Assembly: GCA_002633005.1 (NCBI GenBank)
Contig: NMRA01000018.1
Span: forward strand, 1,766,427-1,830,426
DNA length: 64,000 nt
Direction of reading: 5' to 3'
From: Phoronis australis
Lineage: Eukaryota > Animalia > Phoronida
In this document: piece by piece, positions 52,937-64,000 of the stretch
How positions within the stretch are numbered: position 1 is the stretch's first letter
Layout of the letters: the number at the start of each line of letters is the position of its first letter
Program-made: the position numbers and the translations under genes
The notes under the pieces: generated by a model
The model's input: the letters and a program-made list of their open reading frames with translations, nothing else
What the model was told of the DNA's origin: nothing
The model's database searches: none

Positions 52937-53792
52937 NTAAATTGTCAACATTGCCGGGGCATCTGGGACAGCGTGGTGGGATTTTCAAAAGCGTCTCATG
53001 TTATTGTTAAGCGCGGCGACAAATATTACCGCTCTGCAGCCAAAAATGTCTGGGTTGGGAGTGGACGGGCGAGCTAAAAGGACGCAGACGCATGCTACTG
53101 ATGTACTGATGGTGGTAACGTTTTTTTTTTAGTCCTCCCGACTTTTGTCGGGGAAAGGTTCACATTGACCAATTCAAGGCTGGTTATCGGCATGATTTGG
53201 GCCATAAAAGTTTCAAAGTTTCCGCGTTTTTTGTCATTGGTCATTCCAAGCCCTGATTAACATCAGAAGGACAATAGCAAACTGTGAAGTAGTAGGATAG
53301 CAGTGCCTGGTTGTGGGACTAAAGCATTGTGGGAAAATGCCACCATTAGCAGATTGAGCGTTGTGGTATTTAAGGGAGTGGCTATTGAACTTTGTGCTTT
53401 GTGATGATAATTGATGGACTGGCAAATCCGTATTGTTACATATTTGCCTTGTTATTTTGCTGCCGTAGCAGTCATCTAACAGTTTTGCATTCTGATAACC
53501 TAATTTATTTTGTTATTTCGTAGACGTTTTTGTTTAAGGCGATATGGTCTGAAAGAACAATACATGCAGTAAAGGTGTATTATTTGAGTAACCTTAATCC
53601 CAGGTTAGTCATTACTAAAGGTTTAGTCATTACTAAAATGTGACTAATATGTGACTAAATTATTAGTCATGATTTAAGTGTGAGTGAAAATTCCCAAGTG
53701 TTGTGTCTCTTGTCATCCATCTCCTATGGAATCATGGGTAATTACCTTTCACATCGTGAACAACATTGTGTATCTCATGTGTTGTTTTACAG

Positions 53793-53875
53793 GAACTCTT
53801 AGCAGGTGCTTGGATTGTCTGGAAAAGGCGGATGCAGAACATTCGGAATCAGCTGCCACAGAGGCCCTGTCACAG
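53793..53875 (+). CDS. DSTYK: DSTYK exon 5 (TLSRCLDCLEK...EALSQ)
   Basis: TTTTACAG acceptor, CAG|GTACCC donor, phase 1/0; GTL.RCL..LE motif. Confidence 0.92.
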
Positions 53876-53998
53876 GTACCCCTCACCTCTTGAAGTTGTG
53901 TTTTGAACACACTCGCCTATTAAAGAAAACAAATCATCACAAGACCCTCTCTCATAGCTTCCCCTATCACTTAGAGCCGTACTTTGAACACACTCCCA

Positions 53999-55594
53999 TA
54001 GACCTAAATCATGCGGCGGACTTTAACATCCAAAGCGAGGCTCACTGCGATAAACAAAGCGGAAATTTACGTTGCGTGAGTTAAATGGCCGGTCTTTCGA
54101 GTCCAACCTGGATATTAAATCTTAAAAATGTGTCGATAATTAACCACAGAGACGTAGAAAAATACATTAGAGAACAAGTCAATGCACCAAAGAGTTGTCT
54201 GACGAAACAGTATAAGTTTTTTTTTTCGGAAAACTAGGTTCGAAACAGGAAAAGTAAATATGACCGAACTCCGGCGATGATCGTCACGGTAGTGTTACGG
54301 ATTAGGTATTATGCTGAATGCAGGGTTACGTTTCTTCGTGTAAATTGTTGATAAAAATGCTTTCTAAATGAACCACGTCATCTGCTTGTATTGTTGATGA
54401 GTTGAAGATATATTTGACAGTGGTAGCTCATCACATTTTGCTGTTATGTGCAATTAGTCACATCTGGTTTAATTAGTTGATCAAAAGTATTGACATCAAG
54501 CATATAGCCTATGTCCTGGTGAGGTAGGGACTACCGGGACTGGCAAGCGATTTGTCATTGATCTGAAAGAATAACTGATGTTATTAAATATGTTTTTATT
54601 AAAATAAAAAACCAGGCTCATAATTGAAAATAAAAATTATTTGACCATTTTTTTTAATTTTGAAAAAAAAATAAAAACAAGCACAGCCTCATAAATCGCT
54701 TTCGCATTATATCCAGGTTCTCATTCTCTCCCTTGCACACATTCACAAGTAATTATTCGACCATCAATTTTGCTTTCTTGATTTTATAATTCTTATATAC
54801 GTCTATTTCATATGTTAGGTTTCAGATATCAATCTGAACCAAGTTGAATTTTAAAATTAAAGCACCTAACTCGTTTGTCCAAAGCATAACCTTGTTTTTG
54901 AGCTCAATTTCAGTTAACTGCACAGTGCAAGCATTTCTTCATGGGCCTCGTTTATCCGGGGAAAGATGCTTGTGTGTCTTCATGAGAGGGGCATTTTTTC
55001 GCCGAGCGAGGGAAAAAATCTACCTCCCGATCATCATCAATAGCACACCTGCCCTGTGCTCTTTCAAATCGTCACCTGTGTGGATACAGAACTACAGAGA
55101 GAACTTTTCAATCCTTAGGGGAATTTTTAGGGCCTAGTGGGGGGAGTTTCGGGGGGATTTTTCAATATTTTTGAGAGGGGAATAGGGCCGATATTCAGCC
55201 CCAAAATCGAGGGATTGAGGGCCCTGTCTTTTTTGGAAAGAAACGTGCATCATCTTTCAACCCGTAGTGATGAAAACACAGCCTGGCTGACCGAAGATTC
55301 TGGGCTGGTCGTTGATATGATGCTCGGCAACCGAGATGTGACAAAATATGATCTAACTTTCCGAAAACATTTATAAATTTTACACAGACACTTTTTCCTT
55401 CGTCACGTGTATGGCAACGACCCAATGTTTCCGAATCTCAACGTCCTCAAGGATTGTAAAACAGACAGTTGAGTTCCGTATTTTTTCTAGCCGTTGGAGC
55501 AACGCGGAATACAATCAATAAGCCGATAAGCCAACTGAGATATCGTAGCGAGCCTCGTTTTGGAACACTCCTCCTGCGGCGTGAATTAGGTCTA
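53999..55594. mobile_element. Non-autonomous TIR transposon (~1.6 kb), TA-flanked
   Basis: TAGACCTAAATCATGCGGC...CCAAAGCGAGGCTCACTGCGATA versus TATCGTAGCGAGCCTCGTTTTGG...GCGGCGTGAATTAGGTCTA. Confidence 0.75.
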
Positions 55595-56249
55595 TTAAAG
55601 CCATCTTGAGCAGTACCACATGTAAACTTGGTTCTTACAGTATGTTAAGGACATCGCTTCGATCCCACCAGTGCCATGAATTGCTAAATGGAGTGAACTG
55701 TGTTGCTTATTGACTTTTGTCTTCGTCACCGCTAGAATCCCCTTTTAATTCATACAGGTTCAAATAACACCCTTATGCACTGATGTTCTATTCAGACGCC
55801 TATTCAATACAACTATTATTGGTCTTTGGTGTTTGTGCTCGATTCTCGCGGTGATGCAATGTGGCACCAAAAGGCGATTTCATCTATCATTTGATGGGGC
55901 TATATTTGAGTGATTAAACTCGCTTTTTCTCATTTTGCTAAGTCTTTGCTAGGACTTTATAGTTGGACCTATACATCTAAACTCTGTTGAAGTTAGGCTT
56001 TAAAGAGAATGAGTTGGTTTTAACTCGCTCATCATAACTAATGTTGTAGTGTATACAAGGAATTTGCAGTAGTCGTGCTATGTTTGATACATCACTGATA
56101 CAACCTACCTTAGATTTCTGTGTCTGGAACACAATATAAAATTTCTGACTTCACCCTAAAGTCACTTAATGGAATGGGCTCCAGGTATCGAATGGAAATT
56201 ATTTCGAAAAACTGACACGTTAAACTCTATCGTGACTCTTTTCTGTCAG

Positions 56250-56333
56250 ATCCTGAATGCAGCGTACAAAGTAGACATCACAGTTAGGGCGGGGTCATCA
56301 TTCGCAAGGATACTGCTAGAGAAGATGAAACAG
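56250..56333 (+). CDS. DSTYK: DSTYK exon 6 (ILNAAYKVDITV...LLEKMKQ)
   Basis: CTGTCAG acceptor, CAG|GTAAAT donor, phase 0/0; ILNAAY motif. Confidence 0.93.
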
Positions 56334-56915
56334 GTAAATATTACCTACAACAATTGAACTGTAGATAAACACGCCAGTGGTGCACAATTAGATTCTAGTT
56401 TGTTGCTTTCGATAGTTCACATTTATTAACTCAAGTTTCAAAAATTTCAATACGGAACTGATAAACAGGTAGTTTCTTATATTGCTCACCTGTGGAGAGA
56501 GACCTCATTGTGGCACACACTTGACACGGTTTGTTCAAAGAATTTATACAAAGTAGCTAATGTAATCTGAGCCCAACATGAGGTCACACAGCGGCTGCAA
56601 TCCCATTTTCTCAACTTTGTTTTTACCTAGTGTTATGCGTAGCTAATATCAATCTGCTTTACGTACATTGTACAGCTTGAGCCTAGGGAAAACTATTAAA
56701 TACTTGTCAAGTTCAGGTTTCAGAGAATCTATCCTAGGTCCTGGTTCCATTTCAAGTTCTTATTTTGACAACAAACACAAAAGGTTATAAGAAGCTGAGG
56801 TTATAGTGGTGTTTGAAGTATACTCTGTTGAAAGTTTTATGGAATTTACACTTTTTGTTCTCAATCCTGAATAAATTCATGATCCCATGTTTTCATTTGT
56901 ACAGAGACATTCTTT

Positions 56916-57002
56916 CTGTCACTCACCTGTCACGCTTTGGTCAGTTGTCACAGTATCTGTCACTCACCTGTCACGCTTTGGTCAGTTGTCACAGTATCTG
57001 TG
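56916..57002. repeat. 42-bp perfect tandem duplication
   Basis: CTGTCACTCACCTGTCACGCTTTGGTCAGTTGTCACAGTAT repeated twice. Confidence 0.9.
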
Positions 57003-58185
57003 ACAGCATGTCAATCAGACAATTTCATATTTTCTATCACAGTCTGTAGGACAATTTCACAACTGTTTTACAAAAATTGCACGATTTGTTTGACTCCACC
57101 TGTGATTACTGCCAAAGTCGGCTGAGTTTCACTTGTTCCTTGTAGGTGCTATGGGACTCAGTATGTATCATTACTAAAACATATGTCTGCATGAATGCGT
57201 GGAATCTAGTAGGTGTTTGGTCTAACACAAGGGTTTGGCCACTCGGTTGTTGATGCGATGGCTCACCTAATTCGCCGTTTAGATTAGTAACATAATAGTA
57301 TTTGTATTTGAATCACATGTTTTCTGCTAGGTGCACACACCAGCAATCAGCTTGTGATTTGAATTCTGTGCTTGGTGTTTGTTAGTGTGGTATCACTAAG
57401 CAGACTGATAACTAATCTTTCTGTTAGTGGATGTAGATCTTTATTTCTACTCACGTGTTGAATAATTCAGCACATCCCGAATACCTGACTGTGTTTTAGT
57501 CTGAAGGATGGAATTGGTATAGTCCAACTTGAAACCTTCGAGGTTCACATAGTTTTTAAAATGTTGGATTTATGCTAGTGTGGTTGTTGTGTTCTTGAAG
57601 ATTTCGTCTTTAAACACTTGCTGCTTTGTTGACATTTCTGATTCGCCTTTTTAACCAAATTTCCCTGCAATTTGCTAATCAATTTTATGTCTAAATTTTA
57701 ATGAACTTTTAAATGTTGAGCATAATGAAGACAGTATGCCAACTTTTGCTCTGTCGCTGCCGATATCACCGTGTTGCATAACTAGAAACTTGCCCGAGAT
57801 CTTTATCAGTTGTGTGGGTTTCCATAATCATATGGTAGACCTTACTAAGCGTCTATGGGGTTGCCCAATTATGTCTAGAAGGGAGATGCTTTCTGATACA
57901 TTAAGTTCTGTTTTGCACTGTCTCAGCTGTGGTAAATTCAAAAGTCTTTTTGATTTGCTGATTTATTTAAATCTTGTGTGTCTAACCAACAAAATTTGCT
58001 TTCGTTGCTACATCTTCATTAGACACTTACCAACACATGCAATTAACTCATCTCGTCTTTCGAACATTCATTGTTTTAAAAATGATTCCAGGCTCACAGG
58101 CTTGGTGTGATCTTGTATGTATTCTACCTTTGGGTCTTCACCGTTTTCAACTGTTTTCCTGAGCTGTCTCTTGTTGTACCTTCAG

Positions 58186-58283
58186 CTGATTCAAGCCATG
58201 CCATGGAGCCAGCCTCCCAAGATTGACGATGAATGGAAGAAGAAAGTGGCAACGGACATGTTGTGCAGTCTAAGTGAAGCCAA
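58186..58283 (+). CDS. DSTYK: DSTYK exon 7 (LIQAMPWSQPPKIDDEWKKKVATDMLCSLSEA)
   Basis: CTTCAG acceptor, AA|GTAATG donor, phase 0/2; joins exon 8 as K-LAKSIC. Confidence 0.92.
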
Positions 58284-59003
58284 GTAATGTATACACGTGT
58301 GGGTTATGAAGTGATTATTGGTAGGGTTGTTTAGTCTTAGTGAAGCTAAGTAATGTATACAGGTGTGGGTTATGAAGTGGTTATTGGTAGGGTTGTTTAG
58401 TCTATGTGACGCTAAGTAATGTATGTACGTGTGGGTTATGAAGTGGTTATTGGTAGGGTTGTTTAGTCTATGTGACGCTAAGTAATGTATACACGTGTGG
58501 GTTAGGAAGTGGTTATTGGTAGGGTTGTTTAGTCTTAGTGAAGCTAAGTAATGTATACACGTGTGGGTTATGAAGTGGTTATTGGTAGGGTTGTTTAGTC
58601 TTAGTGAAGCTAAGTGTATAGACGTCTGGGTTATGAAGTGGTTATTGGTAGGGTTGTGTAGTCTTAGTGAAGCCAAGTAATGTATACACGTGTGGGTTAG
58701 GAAGTGGTTATTGGTAGGGTTGTTTAGTCTTAGTGAAGCTAAGTAATGTATACCATTGTGGGTTAGGAAGTGGTTATTGGTAGGGTTGTTTAGTCTATAT
58801 GACGCTAAGTAATGTTTACACGTGTGGGTTATGAAGTGGTTATTTGTAGGGTTGCTTAGTCTATGTGAAGCTAAGTAATGTATACACAGTGTGGGTTATT
58901 AAATGGTTAATTGTAGGGTTGTGTAGTCTAAGTGAAACTAAGAGTGTGTAGATGTGTGGGTTGTGAAGTGGTTATTTGTGGGGTTGTGTAGCCTAAGTGA
59001 AAA
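58260..59003. repeat. 66-bp minisatellite, ~11 copies; the first copy overlaps the end and donor of DSTYK exon 7
   Basis: GTTGTTTAGTCTTAGTGAAGCTAA-GTAATGTATACACGTGTGGGTTATGAAGTGGTTATTGGTAGG units. Confidence 0.95.
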
Positions 59004-59092
59004 TATTCACGTATAGGCATTCGATTTCGGTCCACTTTTATGATTCAGTTTCTTCCGTTCCCTTTTTGTCTCTTTTTTATTATTATTTTGAC

Positions 59093-60382
59093 TACCGTAT
59101 TAGCCGTAATAACCACCCATTCCCCTATAAGCGCCCCCCCACGCGTTTTCAGACTTTGCTAAAATAAGCGAATCGAAGACTAATAAAAAGCTTGGCCAGT
59201 GTTAAAAGCACATGGCCAGGAAGCGCGTGCTATATACATGAACCTGTCATCAAAGACATTAGTCAGGAACTATCCATTCATGAAACGGGTAGCATAGCAT
59301 CGGCAAGAAATGAATATTGGCACTCATTTCCGACAGTTTCTAATACTATAAAAAATGTTTGCGTTATTTTTAAGATTAATTGTTTGATTAACCATAATTG
59401 GTGTTTTTAAGCCAAATATCTGATAAAATGACCACTGACAGTGAATGCTTACACACCCTTGCACCGAAAAATAACTGTCAGAAAGTCAGGTATGCATCAG
59501 ACAACACGGCGACTAATATGGCCTTACCGAGACAAATGTCTAACGTTTTTAGCACATGAGACCGGCAAGTGCTGAATGAAATGCGCTCTGGTTTAGGCCA
59601 ACTGCTTGTGCAAATTTCTTTTAATAGATACAATGCACATCTAGCTCGTTAGATTGCGTGGCTGTGGCAAATGAACTCTGGTGACACGCACTCGCTCGCT
59701 TACTCACAAACGCAGACAACTTCAAAACAACATGTGTGTTCGTCTAGACATTTTTCTCATGTTGCCGATCATACAATAACATGTAGGTTGCACGATGTAG
59801 CACAGATTTGTACTTAAACCTGTCGTGATCCCGACTCCACGGGAATTTTAGGGACGCTACTTGGAAAACTTATGGAGGATTTCAGGTAATTGCTTGAGTC
59901 GAAACTGAATTTTTATTCAAGCATTCAAGTCGCCATATCAACGATTGCGAGGCAGGCAGTCGGCAAATTTTCGCCCTGGGATTTCTGCACAATTTGCTGT
60001 AAAATGATCGTAATTTAGCAGCAAAGTTTGATAGCAATGCACCACGGTTTTGTAGAAAGTCTTTCATAGATTACAGATACGTCACTGGGCATAAGTATGA
60101 TGAATCTTAGCTTCAGATTTCACCCGTTTCGGAGACCAGGCGTGCGTTCAGTAGATTCTAGGACCTATGCTAGGACCTAGCTAAAACCTAGTCAAAGTCA
60201 CGTGTTCTCAATGACATTTAAAATGCACAGCAATATCTTGCGTAATCTCGAAGTCTTGCTTTTTAGCGAGGTCCTAGCGTTACTGAACGGGAGGCGGGTT
60301 TCAACGGCCTTGGGTTGTAATAAGCCCCCCTTGAAACGAACTTTTCTAAGCGCCCTGGGCGGTTATTACGGCGAATACGGTA
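59093..60382. mobile_element. Tc1/mariner(pogo)-type non-autonomous element, TA-flanked, with a small nested palindrome at ~60138-60295
   Basis: TACCGTATTAGCCGTAATAACCACCC / GGGCGGTTATTACGGCGAATACGGTA TIRs; subterminal TAAGCGCCC repeats. Confidence 0.8.
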
Positions 60383-61131
60383 TTCATACAGCCAAACAAG
60401 CATTTCTTGCAGTTGAATTTTAAAAACTGTCACAAAAAAATATCACATAAGCCTAGTAATTATTTGTGAAACGATACAACAACTAGAAAAGTTTTCCTCT
60501 TTTTTCTCATTCGTCATTCTAAGCCATGTTCTTCGCAGGAGTCGTTCTTCCGAAGCCGTGCCATCCCATTTTTACCTTTTACTTAGTTCCGATGATGTCC
60601 ACAAGGTTTCAGTGCCTTATAATAACCTGCTGTGGCGAACATACTTCATAAGCTTGGTCTGAGGTAGTAATGACCTGTTGGTTCTTTAAAAGCCTAGAAA
60701 TTATTTCCTGTCTGAGGAAGGAACAAGATGAGCATTTAAATCTGAATTCAGAAACAAAATGGCCACCAAATCCACCATCTTGAATCTTATCATGACGAAA
60801 CACAATAGGCTTCCTATTATTCTGGAATAATAAAGGTTGTGTGTGTGAATTTTGTGCTGTTCGGATGAAAAATGTGACCTGTAGAGTGCGAACAAAGGAA
60901 AAAAAACTAACTTTATGTCAGAGCAACATATTTATCGAAAGAATTTCATCAAGTAATGAGACTGATTTTAAATCCCTAAGTGACCCAAATCAAAAGTTAA
61001 TTTTCTGACAGGCTTATTGCACCTTTGAAGCAAAAAGCTCAAAAAGTTTCAAACATGTAGCTTTTCAAAAACTTGTTTAAATAGGACTGTAGTTGTTAAA
61101 TGTGTTTATCACACTACATTTTGTTTTTCAG

Positions 61132-61340
61132 GTTAGCAAAAAGTATCTGCGCTCAATTCAAAGACCGTCTAAGACATTCCCATGATGCTTTCAACGCGGC
61201 ATTGAAACAACTCGAAGTGAAACATAATGGCCGCCTGGAGCGAACGGAGGAACAACGACTGAAGATTCGCAAGTTTCATGCGCCAACAGTAGCCAAGCTG
61301 GCTCTTGAGAGTATCTCACTCAGGGACTATCTTATGTATG
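61132..61340 (+). CDS. DSTYK: DSTYK exon 8 ([13 protein letters not shown]...[21 protein letters not shown])
   Basis: TTTTTCAG acceptor, G|GTACGC donor, phase 2/1; LAKSIC.QF..RL..SH.AF motif. Confidence 0.95.
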
Positions 61341-61894
61341 GTACGCTCTTGAGAGTATCTCACTCAGTACACTTCAGTATTACACTGTACAAAATGGTAT
61401 ACAATTTGTTGTTTTTGCATCTGAATGTTATGAGAATTCAGCGCCACAATAGTCGTTCTCCTTGACAGGGAATAAGGAAGGAAATTTCCGTTAGAGTTAA
61501 CGTTCAGGACAACGCTATTTTATTATCATCATTCTGTCATAACGATGAGCCATCATTGCTAAACGGAATTCTCTACCATGATAGGGGAACTGTATGTTAT
61601 CTGATTATTATTGGTGGGTGCTGTAACCGTGTTTTCACCATCTGTGAACCGGCCTGAATAACAGTGTATCGTGAATTCAACTTCCCAAAAATAAGAAACC
61701 AGTGATTACTGGTTGTTTAGTGCCACAACAGTCTTGGATCCAATTGTTAGGAGTGTCATGTTTAAACTAGTAATTTGGGTTGTTTTTCACCAATTGTGTC
61801 GTTCACGGCTCTTTAATCCAATAAAGAAAGTCATTATAACGCCTTTATACGAATTAAAAATCATTATGTAATCAGCTATCCACTTCGTCACCAG

Positions 61895-62051
61895 GAATGC
61901 CTCAAATGAGTCGTGAAGTAGGGCGAGGTCAGTACGGAGTCGTCTACTCTTGTGACATGTGGGCTGGCTTCTCACCGTGTGCTGTAAAGACTGTGGTGCC
62001 CCCTGATGAGAAGCACTGGAATGACTTAGCTTTAGAGTTTTACTATACCAA
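61895..62051 (+). CDS. DSTYK: DSTYK exon 9, kinase N-lobe ([22 protein letters not shown]...[24 protein letters not shown])
   Basis: CCAG acceptor, AA|GTAAGA donor; Gly loop GRGQYG and the family-typical [16 protein letters not shown]. Not in the ORF track. Confidence 0.97.
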
Positions 62052-62294
62052 GTAAGAACAGGTGTCTTGTTCATTTAATTTGAGCATTGGAAGCTGTTCT
62101 AGGTAGATATCTTCAATTGTTCGCTAATGTTAATGTTCATGAGTTTAATTAGTGTTTTTCAGTTAGTAGGAATATAAAACATCATTTTTTAAAAGTTGGG
62201 AGCTCTAAACTGGCATCTTTTTCGTTTGAAACGTATTCCACATTTTTTGCAATCTGTCATTTTGTCTATTGACATGTTGGCTTTCTTCTTTCAG

Positions 62295-62444
62295 AAATGT
62301 GCCAGAACACGACCGTGTAGTCAACTTAAGGGGTTCTGTCATTGACTCTAATTACGGCGGAGGTCCTGCTGTCTTGCTCATTATGGACAGGCTCACTAGA
62401 GACCTCTACTCAGCGATAAGGACAGGGCTAGACTGGCCAAGCAG
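62295..62444 (+). CDS. DSTYK: DSTYK exon 10 (NVPEHDRVVNLRGSVIDSNYGGGPAVLLIMDRLTRDLYSAI...)
   Basis: TTTCAG acceptor, AG|GTTAGT donor, phase 2/2. Confidence 0.96.
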
Positions 62445-62890
62445 GTTAGTGTATAGGGTCGCTATTCTTAGGATTATCTCCCATGTAACTTTACAGGGAT
62501 ATTTCATCTGTTTAGTTTGGGTGATGTGGAGCTGTGACCATGAAGTAGTAATTTTAGTCTGAACACAACAGGTAAGGTAGTTTTCTAATTATAAAATAAT
62601 TTCAGCACAGCCAATGACAAGTTGACTTACAAACATTTTGAGAACTAGTTTGATGGCTCTTATTCAATGGAGAAAACTGGCTCCGAAAACGTGCGACCCC
62701 TGCAAGCGACTAGTGATGAATATTTTGTATTAATGTATACTTGACACTTTGTCTATTTGGTGGAAGCGATCCTTTCACTTGGTCTTTTCACAATTATTTA
62801 CGTCGGTACATTTCTTCTACGGATATTGCTCTCATTGTTACGATTGGTATTATGTTATACTAATCGTTTTCACTCCTCTTTCTCATGTAG

Positions 62891-62981
62891 ACTTCAAGTT
62901 GCCATAGATGTAGTAGAGGGAATGAGGTTTCTACATAGTCAAGGTCTTGTACATCGTGATATCAAGCTGAAGAATGTGTTG
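62891..62981 (+). CDS. DSTYK: DSTYK exon 11 ([30 protein letters not shown]), catalytic loop
   Basis: ATGTAG acceptor, TTG|GTGAGT donor; HRDIKLKN catalytic loop. Confidence 0.97.
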
Positions 62982-63296
62982 GTGAGTAGCACTGACTCAC
63001 AGGATATCAGACAGAAATATCAGCCTGATATGTGTTCATAGCAACCAAAATGACAGTATGTGGGGATAAAATCAATGTCTTGTTTAAACTGACAAATATT
63101 TTTTGTGGTTTTCTCAAAAAATAGATAAACTGTCAGTCAATGGGTATGTTTTGCCAACTTATTGGACGACATCTTTGTATTGTTTAAGATTACTTGTATG
63201 TTTTTTTTCAACAATCAGTAAATTTCCAGGCTTCAGCTGTTCCTGTATGTAGGACCCATTATTCTGTTATTGTTAAGAAATCTGACGTTCTTTCAG

Positions 63297-63375
63297 CTGG
63301 ACAAGAGAAACCGAGGAAAAATCACCGACCTGGGCTTCTGCAAGCCAGAGGCAATGATGAGTGGGAGTATTGTAG
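63297..63375 (+). CDS. DSTYK: DSTYK exon 12 ([26 protein letters not shown]); gene continues beyond the window
   Basis: TTTCAG acceptor, G|GTAGGT donor; [17 protein letters not shown] motif. Confidence 0.96.
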
Positions 63376-63468
63376 GTAGGTAGTGTCTGGTCTGAGGTAA
63401 CAATGAGTGGCAGTATTGTAGGTAGGTAGTGTCTGGCCCGAGGTAACAATGACTGGCAGTATTGTAGG
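63348..63468. repeat. 46-bp tandem repeat (at least 2.6 copies) overlapping the end and donor of DSTYK exon 12
   Basis: GAGG.AA..ATGAGTGG.AGTATTGTAG-GTAGGTAGTGTCTGG units; truncated by N 63469. Confidence 0.9.
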
Positions 63469-63469
63469 N

Positions 63470-64000
63470 TAGACTGGCCAAGCAGGTTAGTGTATAGGGT
63501 CGCTATTCTTAGGATTATCTCCCATGTAACTTTACAGGGATATTTCGTCTGTTTAGTTTGGGTGATGTGGAGCTGTGACCATGAAGTAGTAATTTTAGTC
63601 TGAACACATCAGGTAAGGTAGTTATCTAATTATAAAATAATTTCAGCACAGCCAATGACAAGTTGACTTACAAGCATTTTGAGAACTAGTTTGATGGCTC
63701 TTATTCAATGGAGAAAACTGGTTCCGAAAACGCGCGACCCCTGCAAGCGACTAGTGCTGAATATTTTGTATTAATATATACTCGACACTATTTGGTGGAA
63801 GCGATCCCTTTCACTTGGTCTGTTCACAATTATTTACGTCGGTACATTTCTTGTACGGATATTGCTCTCATTGTTACGATTGGTATTATGTTATACTAAT
63901 CGTTTTCACTCCTCTTTCTCATGTAGACTTCAAGTTGCCATAGATGTAGTAGAGGGAATGAGGTTTCTACATAGTCAAGGTCTGGTACATCGTGATATCA
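63470..64000 (+). repeat. Near-identical second copy of 62429-~62964 (end of exon 10, intron, most of exon 11 from 63927); probably an alternative haplotype
   Basis: Begins immediately after the single N at 63469; scattered SNPs, a small indel and a synonymous CTT/CTG change. Confidence 0.85.

Noticed and set aside
58191-58676. 161-aa repetitive minus-strand ORF (LASLRLNNPTNNHFITHTCIHY)n
   Set aside because: Results from a stop-free frame of a 66-bp minisatellite; no splice or homology support.
63470-64000. True duplication or mutually exclusive copy of the DSTYK catalytic exon
   Set aside because: Starts exactly at a single-N join, lies downstream of exon 12, and includes near-identical intron sequence; best explained as an allelic contig overlap.

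Overview
AT-rich, intron-rich animal genomic DNA, probably from a marine invertebrate (species not determinable from sequence alone). It is a draft scaffold with one 725-N gap and six single-N joins, several of which look like two haplotypes placed in tandem. Two spliced genes lie head-to-head around 32.2-32.35 kb. On the + strand is DSTYK (dusty/RIPK5 kinase): 12 phase-consistent exons from ATG 32351 to the DLG motif at 63375, continuing past the window. On the - strand is a probable type II membrane protein with two tandem ILEI/FAM3 (PANDER, POMGnT1-stem-like) domains, traced from a membrane-anchor exon at 26564 to 2118 and probably continuing leftward. Best findings: (1) two homologous 127-nt exons in the second ILEI domain whose phases force mutual exclusion and which carry the putative sugar-binding Arg loop; (2) repeated tandem duplications anchored on DSTYK splice donors; (3) a nested cluster of inverted-repeat elements at the shared promoter; (4) a young Helentron/DINE-like family with an apparent filled and empty site pair. 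The rest is LINE and SINE remnants, MITEs and minisatellites. Exon boundaries were read by eye and family assignments come from recalled motifs, not database searches.
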